From the NCBI GenBank assembly GCA_049511615.1, contig JBEKXW010000009.1, positions 12,703 through 76,702 on the forward strand: a stretch of DNA of 64,000 nt. Direction: 5' to 3'. A program made the translations under genes and the position numbers. This stretch comes from Candidatus Dormibacteria bacterium. GTDB taxonomy: Bacteria > Chloroflexota > Dormibacteria > Aeolococcales > Aeolococcaceae. Under the pieces are notes generated by a model. It did not search any database and was not told the origin of the DNA. It was given only the letters and a program-made list of their open reading frames with translations. How positions within the stretch are numbered: the stretch's first letter is position 1; each line of letters starts with the position of its first letter. Shown in pieces: positions 30,665-40,605 of the stretch.

Positions 30665-31591
30665 GTGGCGATGGTGGCTGGCAGCGGCGACGGCAGGACC
30701 GGCGCGGACCGCGCCTCCGGCTCAGCGTCCTCCCGGTTGCGGCGGGGCTCGGTGGTGATCCTCGCCCTGGCCGCCTGCCTCCTCCTGGCGGTGGCGGTGG
30801 GCGCTCGAGGCAGCCCCGGCGGCGCACTCCCCCTGCCGGCGACACCGACGGCCTGGCAGGCGGCCTGCTACTTCCTGGTGGGGAGCATCGTCGGAGTCGG
30901 GCTGGCCGGCCTGCCGATCGCCGTGGGCATCCAGCGCCGGCGGGCCGCGGCCGGGGCGTACGGGGCTGCGTCCTGGTGGCAGAGGCTCGCGGCGGTCGCG
31001 CTTCCGATCGTGCTCCTGGTCGCGATCGTGGCGTGGTGGAACACGCACCCGCTGCACTTCGGGGCGGGGTCGCCGGTGACGGGCCCCGGGACGCGTCTGA
31101 CGCCCTCCACGACGGCGCTGCCCCCGGTTGCACCTGCCCCGCCCGCCAGCCCCGCGCTGATCCTCGTCGCGGTCCTGACGGGGATCGTCGTGGCGATCCT
31201 GGTGACCCTGGTGCTGGTGATGAGATCTCGCCGCCGCCCCGGCGTTCCGCCGGCCGTCCTCCCCGTCGACACGCCGGACGCCGTCGCCGCGGTGGATTCG
31301 GCGATCGACGCCCTCGGTGCCGAGGTGGACCCCCGCCGTGCGGTTATCGCCGCCTACGCCACCATGGAGCGGCTGCTCGGCGCCTCCGGCTCGCCGCGCC
31401 GTGCCGCCGACGCGCCCACCGAGCACCTGGAGCGGAGCCTGGTCCTGCTCGGGGCCGGTCGCAGCGCCGCCCGGCGGCTCACCGACCTCTTCGAGCGCGC
31501 GCGCTTCAGCGCCCAGGTCATCGACGAACCGGTGAGACGCGCCGCCTTCGAGGCCCTGGCGGCCGTCCGCCAGGATCTCGAGCCGGCGTGA
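30665..31591 (+). CDS. DUF4129-domain membrane protein
   Basis: C-terminal ...AYATMERLLGAS...LTDLFERARFS resembles DUF4129. N-terminal TM segments. Sits in the MoxR/DUF58 operon. Confidence 0.6.
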   Translation: MAMVAGSGDGRTGADRASGSASSRLRRGSVVILALAACLLLAVAVGARGSPGGALPLPATPTAWQAACYFLVGSIVGVGLAGLPIAVGIQRRRAAAGAYGAASWWQRLAAVALPIVLLVAIVAWWNTHPLHFGAGSPVTGPGTRLTPSTTALPPVAPAPPASPALILVAVLTGIVVAILVTLVLVMRSRRRPGVPPAVLPVDTPDAVAAVDSAIDALGAEVDPRRAVIAAYATMERLLGASGSPRRAADAPTEHLERSLVLLGAGRSAARRLTDLFERARFSAQVIDEPVRRAAFEALAAVRQDLEPA

Positions 31592-31601
31592 GGCGGCCGC
31601 G

Positions 31602-32117
31602 ATGAGGCGTGCCGCCGGCCCCCTCGCCCTGGCCGCGCTGGCCACCGCCGCGGCGGCCTTCCTGGCACCGGTGTCACCGGCCGCCGCCCCGTCGTTGTTC
31701 CTCGGATACGTCGCCAGCCTCGCGGCCTGCGCCGCCTGGTGGCTGCTGCGCCGGGACACGAGCGCGGAACCCGCCGGGGACGACGTGATGTCCTCCTTGC
31801 GACGCATGCCGGTCGAGGCCCCCCCCTCGCCACCGGCACGGCTGCGCGATCTGGAGAGGGTGATCGGCCTCGGGCTGAGCTCCGCCCTGGACGCCCAGGC
31901 GCGGCTCATCCCCGAGCTGCGCCAGCTCGCCTGCGCCCTGCTGACGACGCGGCACGGCGTCGAGGTCGATCCGGCGAGCGACGACGTCGCCAGGCGTGCC
32001 GGTCTGCCGGGAGAGCCGCTGCTGGGGCCCCGGCCGCGGAGGCGCCCCGAGTTCACCGAGCCCGGACCGTCGGCCGCCGAGGTGGGCAGGGTGATCGATC
32101 GCCTTGAGATGATCTGA
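31602..32117 (+). CDS. Hypothetical protein in the MoxR operon
   Basis: ORF between the DUF4129 and MoxR genes with N-terminal hydrophobic segments; no family recognised. Confidence 0.35.
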   Translation: MRRAAGPLALAALATAAAAFLAPVSPAAAPSLFLGYVASLAACAAWWLLRRDTSAEPAGDDVMSSLRRMPVEAPPSPPARLRDLERVIGLGLSSALDAQARLIPELRQLACALLTTRHGVEVDPASDDVARRAGLPGEPLLGPRPRRRPEFTEPGPSAAEVGRVIDRLEMI

Positions 32118-32299
32118 CCGGTCTCGTGAGCAACCACGTCCATCTCATCGCGCCAGCCGGCTCATCCCTGCGCTGCCTCCCGCGCGCGTTCGGTCATGCA
32201 CCCTCCGGAGGGACATCCTCCCGTGCTCGCCGGCGCCCTGGGCTGATCCCGCCCGTCAGGCGGTCTGGTTGGCGTCACCCACGGGTCCAGGTCTGAGCC

Positions 32300-33268
32300 G
32301 TGGCGACCATCAGCGACGTCGCCGCCGCCGGTGAGGCGATCCTCGCCGAGGTTGAGGAGGTCATCGTCGGCAAGCGGGATGCCCTCGAGATGCTGCTGGT
32401 CGGGGTCCTCGCCAACGGTCACGTCCTGATCGAGGACTACCCGGGCCTGGCCAAGACCCTGATCGCGCGCTCCCTGGCCCAGGTCATGGGCCTCGAGTTC
32501 CGCCGGGTCCAGTTCACCCCCGATCTGCTCCCCTCCGACATCACCGGGGCGTCGATCTTCGACCAGCGGAAGGCCGACTTCTCGTTCCAGCCCGGGCCGG
32601 TCTTCACCAACCTGCTCCTGGGCGACGAGATCAACCGGACGCCCCCCAAGACCCAGGCGGCCCTCCTCGAGGCGATGCAGGAGCGCCAGGTGACCGTCGA
32701 CGGTGTCACCCGCCCCCTGACCCCGCCCTTCATCGTCATCGCCACCCAGAATCCGATCGAGTACGAGGGGACCTACCCCCTGCCCGAGGCCCAGCTCGAC
32801 CGCTTCCTGCTCCGCATCGGGGTCGGCTATCCGAGCGCCGCCCAGGAGCAGGAGATCCTGCGGCGGCGGGTGGAGCGGCGCAGCGACAGCGTCACGCTGC
32901 GCCAGGTCGTCGACCGGGCCACCCTGCTCGGGCTTCAGAGCGCCGTCGAGGACGTGCACGTCGAACCGACCCTCACGGCGTACGTGGTCGACCTGGCCAC
33001 CGCCACCCGGTCGCGCAGCGACGTCCAGGTCGGCGCCAGTCCGCGGGGCAGCCTGGCGGTGCTGGCCGCGGCGCGGGCGCGGGCGGCCCTGCGGGGCCGG
33101 GACTTCGTGGTGCCCGAGGACGTGAAGGCGGTGGCGGTCGCCGCCCTCGGCCACCGCCTGAGCCTGCGGCCCGAGCTGTGGGTCCGGGGGGCGCGCGGGG
33201 ACGACGTGATCCGCGCCTGCCTCGATGCGGTGCCCACCCCGCCGACCCAGGCCGGGCCAGCCGGGTGA
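32300..33268 (+). CDS. MoxR-family AAA+ ATPase
   Basis: VIVGKRDALEMLLVGVLANGHVLIEDYPGLAKTLIARSLA..., Walker B and sensor regions; ~320 aa. Confidence 0.9.
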   Translation: MATISDVAAAGEAILAEVEEVIVGKRDALEMLLVGVLANGHVLIEDYPGLAKTLIARSLAQVMGLEFRRVQFTPDLLPSDITGASIFDQRKADFSFQPGPVFTNLLLGDEINRTPPKTQAALLEAMQERQVTVDGVTRPLTPPFIVIATQNPIEYEGTYPLPEAQLDRFLLRIGVGYPSAAQEQEILRRRVERRSDSVTLRQVVDRATLLGLQSAVEDVHVEPTLTAYVVDLATATRSRSDVQVGASPRGSLAVLAAARARAALRGRDFVVPEDVKAVAVAALGHRLSLRPELWVRGARGDDVIRACLDAVPTPPTQAGPAG

Positions 33269-34542
33269 GCTGGGCCCCCACCGCTCGCCTGCTCGCCTAC
33301 CCCTGGCTGATCGCCGCTCTCCTGCTGGCCGCCCTCGCCGCCGGGCGTCCTGAGCTGGCGGCGGTCGCGGCACCCCTTGCCGCCCTCCTCCTCGCCGGCC
33401 TGCTCAGCACCCGCCGTCCCCAGCTTCCCGCGGTTCTGGTATCCGCCGCCGAGGGCCGGGTGATCGAGGGGGACCGGGTCGACCTGACCGTCGACGTCGC
33501 CTTCCCCGGGGAGGTGGAGGCCCTGGAGGTCGGGCTGCTCCTGCCGTCCGGGGTCGAGCTGGTCGAGGCGGACAACCCACGCCTCCTCGCCCGTGCGGAC
33601 GGCCCCCGCCAGATCCTGACCGTCTCGGTCCGGCCGCGGCGCTGGGGGGTCTTCGCCCTGGGGCCGGTTCACCTCCGGGCCTTCGACGACTTCCGGCTGC
33701 GGCGTTTCGAGGCCCGGCTGGACGGCGGGGCGGTGATCCGCGCCTACCCGCGCGCCGAGAGGCTGCGCACCCTGGTCCGGCCCGCCCACACCCATCTCTA
33801 CAGCGGCAACCGGGTCGCGGCCCGCAAGGGGGAGGGGATCGAGTTCGCCGACACCCGGCCGTACGTCCCCGGAGATCAGTTGCGGAGCGTGAACTGGCGG
33901 GCCTCGGCGCGGCGCGGCGACCTCTGGGTCACCCTGCGGCATCCCGAGCGCAACGTCGACGTCGTGCTCCTTCTCGACACCTTCACCCACGCCGGAGCCG
34001 CGGACGGGAGCACCCTGGAGCAGATGGTCCGCGGCGCGTCGTCGCTGGCCTCGGCCTGGCTTCGCGAGCGCGACCGGGTCGGGGTCATCGACTTCGGAGG
34101 CACCCTCCGCTGGCTGGAGGTCGGCGGCGGCCTCCGCCATGCGTACCGGCTCGTCGACGCCCTGCTCGACACCCAGGTCGTCTTCAGCTACGCCTGGAAG
34201 GGGAGCGAGGTGATCCCGATCCGCCTCCTGCCGCCCCACGCCCTCGTCGTCGGGCTCAGCCCGCTCCTCGACCAGCGCTTCCTGAAGGCCCTCCTCGATC
34301 TCCGCGGCCGGGGGCTCGACGTCGCCGTGATCGAGCTGCCCGTCGAGCCTCACCTGGGGGCTCCGGCCACCGAGGTCGCGCTGCTCGCCCGGAGGATGTG
34401 GCGGTTGGAGCGGGAGACCGTGCGGGCCAGGCTCCTCCAGGCGGGCGTCGGGGTTGCGGAGTGGGCCGAGTCGGAGCCCCTGGAAGCGGTGGTGGCGGAG
34501 GTGGACGCGTGGCGCCGTCGCGCTCGACTGCGCGTCCGCTGA
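33265..34542 (+). CDS. DUF58-domain protein (MoxR partner, VWA-like)
   Basis: GTGA overlap with the moxR stop. DUF58 signature GEGIEFADTRPYVPGDQLRSVNWRASARRGDLWV. Confidence 0.85.
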   Translation: MSWAPTARLLAYPWLIAALLLAALAAGRPELAAVAAPLAALLLAGLLSTRRPQLPAVLVSAAEGRVIEGDRVDLTVDVAFPGEVEALEVGLLLPSGVELVEADNPRLLARADGPRQILTVSVRPRRWGVFALGPVHLRAFDDFRLRRFEARLDGGAVIRAYPRAERLRTLVRPAHTHLYSGNRVAARKGEGIEFADTRPYVPGDQLRSVNWRASARRGDLWVTLRHPERNVDVVLLLDTFTHAGAADGSTLEQMVRGASSLASAWLRERDRVGVIDFGGTLRWLEVGGGLRHAYRLVDALLDTQVVFSYAWKGSEVIPIRLLPPHALVVGLSPLLDQRFLKALLDLRGRGLDVAVIELPVEPHLGAPATEVALLARRMWRLERETVRARLLQAGVGVAEWAESEPLEAVVAEVDAWRRRARLRVR

Positions 34543-34586
34543 GCGCGGCCCTGCTGGCCGCCGGGCTTGCCGCCGTCCTGGCTGCG

Positions 34587-35078
34587 GTGGTCCTGGTCCG
34601 CGCGGCCGCGGCTGCGGAGGCCCCGTGGCTGGTGGCCGGGGCCGGCGCGGCCGGCGCCGTCGCTCTGCTGGTCATCGCCGCCGCCGTGCTCACCGCGCGC
34701 GCTGCCGCGGTGGGCTGGGGTGTGGCGCTGCTGGCCGCCGAGTACGCGATCTTCCTGGTGGGACGGGGGGCCCCACTCGACGCCTACGCGCCGCTCCTGG
34801 GCATCGGGCTCGTGCTCGTCGCCGAGCTCTCCTTCACGGCGTGCGAATGGCGGGGACCGCACGCCGTGGACTCCACCGTCGAGCTCCGCCGCTGGTCCCG
34901 GCTCGCGCTCGCCGCGGCGGCCGGGGGCGGCGTGGGCGGGGGAGCGCTGGCGCTGGCCGCAGCGGTGCCCGGTTCGGTAGCGGGGCTGGTCATCGGCGCG
35001 GCCGGCGTGGTGGGCCTGGTTGGCCTCGCCGCCTGGCTCCGCGCCTCGACCTCGGGGGAGACGCAGCCGGCCCCGTGA
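34587..35078 (+). CDS. Small multi-TM membrane protein downstream of the DUF58 gene (start uncertain)
   Basis: The hydrophobic ORF continues the operon. A GTG at 34587 or an earlier non-canonical start are both possible. Confidence 0.35.
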   Translation: MVLVRAAAAAEAPWLVAGAGAAGAVALLVIAAAVLTARAAAVGWGVALLAAEYAIFLVGRGAPLDAYAPLLGIGLVLVAELSFTACEWRGPHAVDSTVELRRWSRLALAAAAGGGVGGGALALAAAVPGSVAGLVIGAAGVVGLVGLAAWLRASTSGETQPAP

Positions 35079-35111
35079 CCGCGGGGAGATGCGGCCCGGG
35101 GCGCCGGCCGC

Positions 35112-36167
35112 TCAGGGTTGCTCGAGGACCTTTCCGTTGCGGGTGACCACGAGGTCGACGGTCACCTGACGCGCGGCGATGCCGAAGGGCAGCGGCGAAA
35201 CCCGGGCGGTGACCGCGTAGTGGAGGGTCCCGGCGGCGTCGATGCGCTCGCTGCAGGTCGTGGGGGACACCGCGGCGAAGTCGCCGGTGTTGTCGAGCCC
35301 GCATCCGCTCAGCTGGGGCTGGGCGGGGTTGACCCAGCTCGCCGGCGGTGTGAACCCGGGAGTGCTGTAGTCGCGGAGTGCGCTGGCGGGGATCGGGAGG
35401 CTGGGGTTGCCCTGGACGTAGGCGACGGTGCCGTCCCAGCAGACGTTGGCGCGAAGTCCAACCACGGCCCCGAACTCGGCGCCGACCATGGTGCCGCCGG
35501 CGAAGTCCTGGCAGGTCGTGCCCGAGGGTCCGCCCCCCGACGCCGAGAAGGAGCCGTGCGGGGCGGACTGCGGGGGAAGCCAGACCACCGCGGCGAGCCA
35601 TGCGGCGGCGATGCCGGGGAGGACCAGCCACGCCATCCACCGCGGGCGCCGCCGGATTTCACCGCCGGCAGCGTCCGCGTCCGCCTCCGCGTCCACGCCG
35701 CCGTCCTCCCGCCAGGCGATCACGAGGGTCGGCAGCATGAGCAGCAGCTCGGCCATGGCGAGCGCGATCCGGCCGGGGATACCGATGTCGACGGCGGCGA
35801 CGGGCGGGATCGAGAACATCGAGGTGGTCGCGCTGACCACCGTCACCACGATGTCGGATACGAACCAGAGCACGTACAGCAGGACGATGGCGAGCCCGCT
35901 CCAGCGGAAGCCGCGGCGGTACGCGAGGTCGCGGAGCCGGCGCTGGCGCTCGTCGAGGCGCGACGACCTTCGGAATGCCAGTCCCCCCGTGGCCTGGAGC
36001 AGGAGGAGGTCGAGCGCGGCGAGCGCGAGCACCATCAGGATGCCGAAGCCGTGGAGTGGCAGCGCCGAGGTGAGCAGGGCGGTGACGCCGACGGTCGCGA
36101 TCACCAGCGAGCGCCGCACCGGACCGGATCCGGGCCGGCCACCCGCCGCGCCCGTCCAGCGGCTCAC
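35112..36167 (-). CDS. Membrane protein with Cys-containing extracytoplasmic C-terminal domain (paralogue 2 of tandem pair)
   Basis: Shares with the upstream gene a DERQ..R..AY juxtamembrane motif, a VCWDG/ACWDGQ motif and a C-terminal VTVDLVVTRNGKV tail. The GTG at 36167 overlaps the upstream stop. Confidence 0.5.
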   Translation of the reverse strand: MSRWTGAAGGRPGSGPVRRSLVIATVGVTALLTSALPLHGFGILMVLALAALDLLLLQATGGLAFRRSSRLDERQRRLRDLAYRRGFRWSGLAIVLLYVLWFVSDIVVTVVSATTSMFSIPPVAAVDIGIPGRIALAMAELLLMLPTLVIAWREDGGVDAEADADAAGGEIRRRPRWMAWLVLPGIAAAWLAAVVWLPPQSAPHGSFSASGGGPSGTTCQDFAGGTMVGAEFGAVVGLRANVCWDGTVAYVQGNPSLPIPASALRDYSTPGFTPPASWVNPAQPQLSGCGLDNTGDFAAVSPTTCSERIDAAGTLHYAVTARVSPLPFGIAARQVTVDLVVTRNGKVLEQP

Positions 36168-37345
36168 GTGACGACCTCCGCGTGCCCGTTCCGGTCGATG
36201 ATGACCTGAACCGTCACGTGGCGGCTGAGGAAGGGGAGCAGGGTGGGAGAGAGGGTGCCCCGCCAGGTGAACGTGAGCGAGCCGCCGGGGCCGGCGGTGA
36301 TGGTCGGGCCGCACTGGGTGGCCGCCACGGTGACGAACGCCTGATTCTCCCAGCATTCCCCCCCGAAGTAGCTGGCCCCGGCGGGCTCGAAAGCACGCTG
36401 GCCGTCCCAGCAGGCGCTGACGGAGACCGGCATCTCCGCCGACACGCCCCACCCCACGGTCACCGTGGTCAAGGGGTCTCCGCATATCGGCGCAGCGCTC
36501 TGCTGCCCACCGGACGAAGGAGATGCCGGGCTGCCGCTCAGTACCGGCGCCGGCGTGGTCACGAAAGAGAGCGGCGAGGCGCGCACCGGAAGCACCAGCA
36601 GGCCGATGGATGCCAGCACCGGGATGGCGAACACCAGCACCACCAGCGCCACCGCGACGCGGGCCTGCACGTTGACACGTCGGGGCAGCGGCGCAGCGTC
36701 GGGGTCGGGCGGGGGAGGGGCGGGCTCGATGAAGGCCAGGACCATCCCGGGAAGGACAAAGAGCAGCTCCAGGAAGACGAAGAACCCGCCGCTCCCCAGG
36801 GCGTGCTCGGCCCACTCCCGGCTCGGCCTCGAGGCGACGTCAGCGAGCAGAAGTGCGCCGACTACCCCGGCGAAGACCGGGTAGGCGAGGCGGTGGGCGC
36901 GGTTGCGAAGCTCCTCCTGGCGCTCGTCGATCCGGCCCTCCGGCGCCGTCGCCATCCGCTGGGTCGCATTCCCCAGGGCGATGTTGAGGAGGACGAGGAA
37001 GATCAGCAGCAGCAGGGTGGCCGAGCCGAGCTGGGGGTTGGGGAGGGAGGTGGCGATGAGGCCCACGCAGTCGGCCGCGACGGCTGCGACCACGACACGG
37101 CGGACGCCGCGCCGCCCCAGCCAGCTTCCCGGCTCCCTGCGGACCCCGGCGACCACCGCCCAGGTGACCATTACCAGCAGGAGGTAGCCGGGCAGCGGCA
37201 GGATCGCCAGGAAGCCGTTCGTCGTGGCGAGGGCCAGGGGGCCGAGGATGAGCAGGAGAAAGAGGAGAAGGGCGGCGATGCCGGTCATCCGGTTGGAGAA
37301 GAGCCGGGGGTCGCGGCGCCGGCTGCGCGCGGGGTGGGCGCTCAC
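36164..37345 (-). CDS. Membrane protein with Cys-containing extracytoplasmic C-terminal domain (paralogue 1)
   Basis: 4-5 TM N-terminal part and a C-terminal ~150-aa domain with 4 Cys (CGDP...ACWDGQ...GGECW...QCGP). Start overlaps the XRE gene stop. Confidence 0.55.
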   Translation of the reverse strand: MSAHPARSRRRDPRLFSNRMTGIAALLLFLLLILGPLALATTNGFLAILPLPGYLLLVMVTWAVVAGVRREPGSWLGRRGVRRVVVAAVAADCVGLIATSLPNPQLGSATLLLLIFLVLLNIALGNATQRMATAPEGRIDERQEELRNRAHRLAYPVFAGVVGALLLADVASRPSREWAEHALGSGGFFVFLELLFVLPGMVLAFIEPAPPPPDPDAAPLPRRVNVQARVAVALVVLVFAIPVLASIGLLVLPVRASPLSFVTTPAPVLSGSPASPSSGGQQSAAPICGDPLTTVTVGWGVSAEMPVSVSACWDGQRAFEPAGASYFGGECWENQAFVTVAATQCGPTITAGPGGSLTFTWRGTLSPTLLPFLSRHVTVQVIIDRNGHAEVVT

Positions 37346-37707
37346 GGACGGACCCCTTCCGGGCTCTCGTCCGGACTCACCGGTTCCGCCGCCGGGGCGG
37401 CGGGCGGGACCGCCTCCCCCGGGCGCGGGCGCCCGTAGAGCTCCTCGCTCATCGGCCGGAGCGGGGTGCGCGAGAAGATCGCCTCGATGGGCAGGTCGAA
37501 CACCTCGCTGAGCCGGAAAGCGAGCTCGAGGCTGGGGTTGTAGTCGCCTCGCTCCAGGTAGCCGATGGTTTGGTGGTTGACCCCGACCAGCTCGGCGAGC
37601 GCCTGGCGGGAGAGCCCGCGCTCCAGACGGAGGACGGCGATCCGGTTGTGGAGGCGCGGCGGACCGCCGCCATCCGATGTCCTCTCACGACTTCCCGTAC
37701 TTGTCAT
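37342..37707 (-). CDS. XRE-family helix-turn-helix transcriptional regulator
   Basis: HTH_3 motif LRLERGLSRQALAELVGVNHQTIGYLERG. ATG at 37707 follows an AT-rich promoter-like island. Confidence 0.75.
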   Translation of the reverse strand: MTSTGSRERTSDGGGPPRLHNRIAVLRLERGLSRQALAELVGVNHQTIGYLERGDYNPSLELAFRLSEVFDLPIEAIFSRTPLRPMSEELYGRPRPGEAVPPAAPAAEPVSPDESPEGVRP

Positions 37708-37719
37708 CGCCCAGATAAT

Positions 37720-37747
37720 TGTATAGATACAACAGAATGCAAAGTCA
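37720..37747 (-). promoter_or_regulatory. Sigma70-like promoter for the XRE operon (TTGACT-16/17-TATACA on the minus strand)
   Basis: Read on the reverse complement. It is the only AT-rich stretch for kilobases and lies immediately upstream of the XRE ATG. Confidence 0.35.
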
Positions 37748-38196
37748 AGGGAACGAGACGGGTGTCTGAGCTCGGTCCTCTGCGCACCGAGACGGCGTCG
37801 AGCCGCTGCGATCCGAGCCGGTGCGCGCCGGGCCGTGGGAGTCGAGCCCGTCCGCGACGCTGGATGGCTGGCCGGGCTGTCGGCGCGCGGGGCCGTGCGC
37901 CCCCGTATGGGGCGTGGGGTCGGTCGCATCGGGTCATCCCCCGACCCCGATGCCGCGGTCTCGACCCCAGGCCCACCCTGCGCCTCCGAAGGACCCACTC
38001 CCGGTGACGCCTCACTGGCGAGGACCGCGTGCTCGCACCGTGAAGTATCCGCGGCCGCGTGGGGAGTTTCAATCCAAACGCGTCAAAGTGTCATAGGCAT
38101 CACGCCCAGAGGCTGCTCAGTGGCGACCCGATGCAGGGCGTCACAAGGACGTGACGACCGCGGCGAGCGCTGCCCCACGCGCCCCGGCGCCAGCGC

Positions 38197-38775
38197 TCAG
38201 ACGTCGGCCTGCCCGGCCTCCAGGTCCATCTCGTAGCTGAGGTGACACCGACCCGGGGAGTGCTCCACGGGCGGGCCGGCTCGGAAGCCCATCCGGTCGT
38301 AGAGGCGGCGCGCCGCCACCATCTCCGGCAGGGTGCCGAGGGTAAGGCGGGCCTTGCCGGAGGCCCGGGCCAGGGCGGCCGCGGTCTCGATCAGGGCTCG
38401 GCCCGCACCCCGCCCCTGGGCCGCGGGGGCCACGCCGAGCATCCGGAGGTGGGCCTCGTCGGGTGCCAGCTCGCGCTCCGGGTCGACCTTGCCGGTCAGC
38501 TCCACGGTGATCGAGCCGACGATGAGCCCGCCCTCGTCGACGGCCACCAGCACGGTGGTGCGATCACAGCGCCCCGCCACGTCGGCCACCATCTCGAGGT
38601 AGTCGGCGTCAGCCTCGCCGAAGAGGGCGGCGAAGCCGGCGCGGGTCTGCCGGCCCGCGTCGCCGCACTCCTCGGGCCGGACCGGGCGGACGACGATCCC
38701 GCCGGGCCCCTGAGCCTCGCTCCGGGATGCCCCTTCCCCCGCCCCGGCCGGTGGCCGGGCTGCCACTCCCCTCAC
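38197..38775 (-). CDS. GNAT-family N-acetyltransferase
   Basis: GNAT motif A region [21 protein letters not shown]. The GTG at 38775 overlaps the msrB stop (GTGA). Confidence 0.7.
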   Translation of the reverse strand: MRGVAARPPAGAGEGASRSEAQGPGGIVVRPVRPEECGDAGRQTRAGFAALFGEADADYLEMVADVAGRCDRTTVLVAVDEGGLIVGSITVELTGKVDPERELAPDEAHLRMLGVAPAAQGRGAGRALIETAAALARASGKARLTLGTLPEMVAARRLYDRMGFRAGPPVEHSPGRCHLSYEMDLEAGQADV

Positions 38776-39179
38776 CGCTCGGGGATCATCTCGAGCGCGG
38801 CGGAGTTGATGCAGTAGCGCTTGCCGGTCGGTCCCGGCCCGTCGTCGAAGACGTGGCCCAGGTGGCCGCCGCAGCTCTTGCAGACCACCTCGGTGCGGCT
38901 CATCCCGTGGCTCCTGTCGACGTGGAAGTCGACCGCCTCGAGGTCGGTGGGCTCCGTGAAGCTCGGCCAGCCGCTCCCGGAGTCGAACTTGGTGTCGGAG
39001 CGGAAGAGCTGGGCCCCGCAGCCGGCGCAGTGGTAGGCGCCGGTCTCGTGGTTCTGCCAGTAGGCCCCGGTGAAGGCCGCCTCGGTCCCCTTCTGGCGGA
39101 GGATGGCGTATTGCTCCGGCGACAGCTTGGCCCGCCATTCGGCGTCGCTCAGGGTCGTCCGGTGGGTGCTCTCAGTCAT
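38772..39179 (-). CDS. msrB: Peptide-methionine (R)-S-oxide reductase MsrB
   Basis: SelR domain with two CxxC zinc sites and [11 protein letters not shown] at 39179 has a GAGGA RBS; the alternative ATG at 39194 has none. Confidence 0.9.
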   Translation of the reverse strand: MTESTHRTTLSDAEWRAKLSPEQYAILRQKGTEAAFTGAYWQNHETGAYHCAGCGAQLFRSDTKFDSGSGWPSFTEPTDLEAVDFHVDRSHGMSRTEVVCKSCGGHLGHVFDDGPGPTGKRYCINSAALEMIPER

Positions 39180-39298
39180 GGCCGGTCCTCGCATCGTGGG
39201 CTCGCATCACCAGGGTACCCCGGCCGGTGCCGGAGACGTCCGCGCATCGCCGGCGCCGGTCCTGCCCGCCCCGGCGCGGCCGACGCGCCCAGGCCGAC

Positions 39299-40273
39299 CT
39301 AGCCGAGGTCACCCTCGAGCTGAGTGATCGTGGAGGTGGCGCAGACCGAGGCCGGCCGGTTCCCGGTCAGCTCGCAGATGGCGGCGGTGAGGTAGTTGGC
39401 GTTGCCCAGGATCGCCTGCGCCTGGTCGCTGCTGGAGTCGGCCAGGCTGCTGGCGATCTGCTGCCAGGTCATGCCCGCCAGGAGGGCCGGCGCCTCGATC
39501 GCCTGCCCGTTGGCCTGGTAGTCGACGGCGGGGTCGCCGCTTGCGACGTAGCGGCCGCCCAGGTCGATGAAGGGCAGCCCCCCGGTTTGCGACGAATAGG
39601 GGGAGGTGTCGTAGGTGGTCAGGATCGCCTGCTCGGCCGCGCTGGGCGTCTGGAGGGGGTTGCCGTCCCTGTCCGCGGTCTCGACCCCCTGGAAGTCAAT
39701 GTAGGAGCTGGAGTAGCTGGAGCCGGCGAAGGAGAAGGTGTCCGTGTCGGGGTAGACGTCGCCGCTCGCCGACGATGTCTCGTGGAGGTTGCTGAAGGTC
39801 CCGAAGCGGCCCAGTGCGACCACCAGGCCCCAGCGCTCAAAGGCACAGTACGGGCAGGAATCCTCGCCCACCATCAGGACCTCGGGCTTGCCCCCCGCCG
39901 TGAGAGCCGGAGTCGACGAGGGGAGCTTCTGGATCGGGTTGGAGACGGCGCCCGCCCCCACCGCCGCGAGGGTGGAGGGGCTCACCCCGGTCACCGCGCT
40001 CACCAGCGAATCGGGGGCGAGGGGGTCGGGGCTCGGCGCCGGCGCCGAGGCCGCCAGGACGATGAAGACGACGACGATGGCTACCACCACCGTGGTGACG
40101 CCGCCCCCCCACGCCCACGGGCTCTGCCACCAGGGGGCGCCGACCTCCACCTTCTGGACACGGCGTCGCGGCGGGGTGGTCGCGGGCCTCGGCGCGGAGG
40201 CGCCTCGCGCTCCCGCCGCCAGCTCCTGCCGGCGTTGTTTGGAGAGTCGGGCCACGGTGCCACCTCGAAGCAC
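39299..40273 (-). CDS. Membrane-anchored thioredoxin-fold protein, DUF929-like
   Basis: N-terminal basic tail plus one TM segment, then MVGEDSCPYCAFERW. The call is tentative. Confidence 0.55.
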   Translation of the reverse strand: MLRGGTVARLSKQRRQELAAGARGASAPRPATTPPRRRVQKVEVGAPWWQSPWAWGGGVTTVVVAIVVVFIVLAASAPAPSPDPLAPDSLVSAVTGVSPSTLAAVGAGAVSNPIQKLPSSTPALTAGGKPEVLMVGEDSCPYCAFERWGLVVALGRFGTFSNLHETSSASGDVYPDTDTFSFAGSSYSSSYIDFQGVETADRDGNPLQTPSAAEQAILTTYDTSPYSSQTGGLPFIDLGGRYVASGDPAVDYQANGQAIEAPALLAGMTWQQIASSLADSSSDQAQAILGNANYLTAAICELTGNRPASVCATSTITQLEGDLG

Positions 40274-40605
40274 CCACGCGCGGGCGGCTCACTGCGGAGC
40301 GGGGCCCAGTGGGCCGCTCGCGCGCATCCTCCCCTCGCCTGGCGCGACCGGCCAGGGCCGAAGGTCGGCAAGCCCTGGGGCCGTCGGGCATCGCCGCCGT
40401 TCACCCGCCGCCGGCCGGCACCCCACCCCCTGCGCCGGCGCCTTGACCTCGTTGCAACGCAAATGTGACAGGGCCACGCGGCGGTGTCACTCCCTGCCCA
40501 CGGCGGCATTCGCACCCGCCGGCCGTGCCCACCATTGGCTGACGGCGCCCGCGCGGGGGCCGTCCGTGCCCGTCGGGCGTCGCAGCACCTCGCCGGCAGC
40601 TCAGG

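Noticed and set aside
39194-39194. Alternative upstream ATG for msrB (MRGPAM...).
   Set aside because: The downstream ATG at 39179 has a GAGGA RBS at proper spacing and gives a canonical MsrB N-terminus. The upstream ATG has no RBS.
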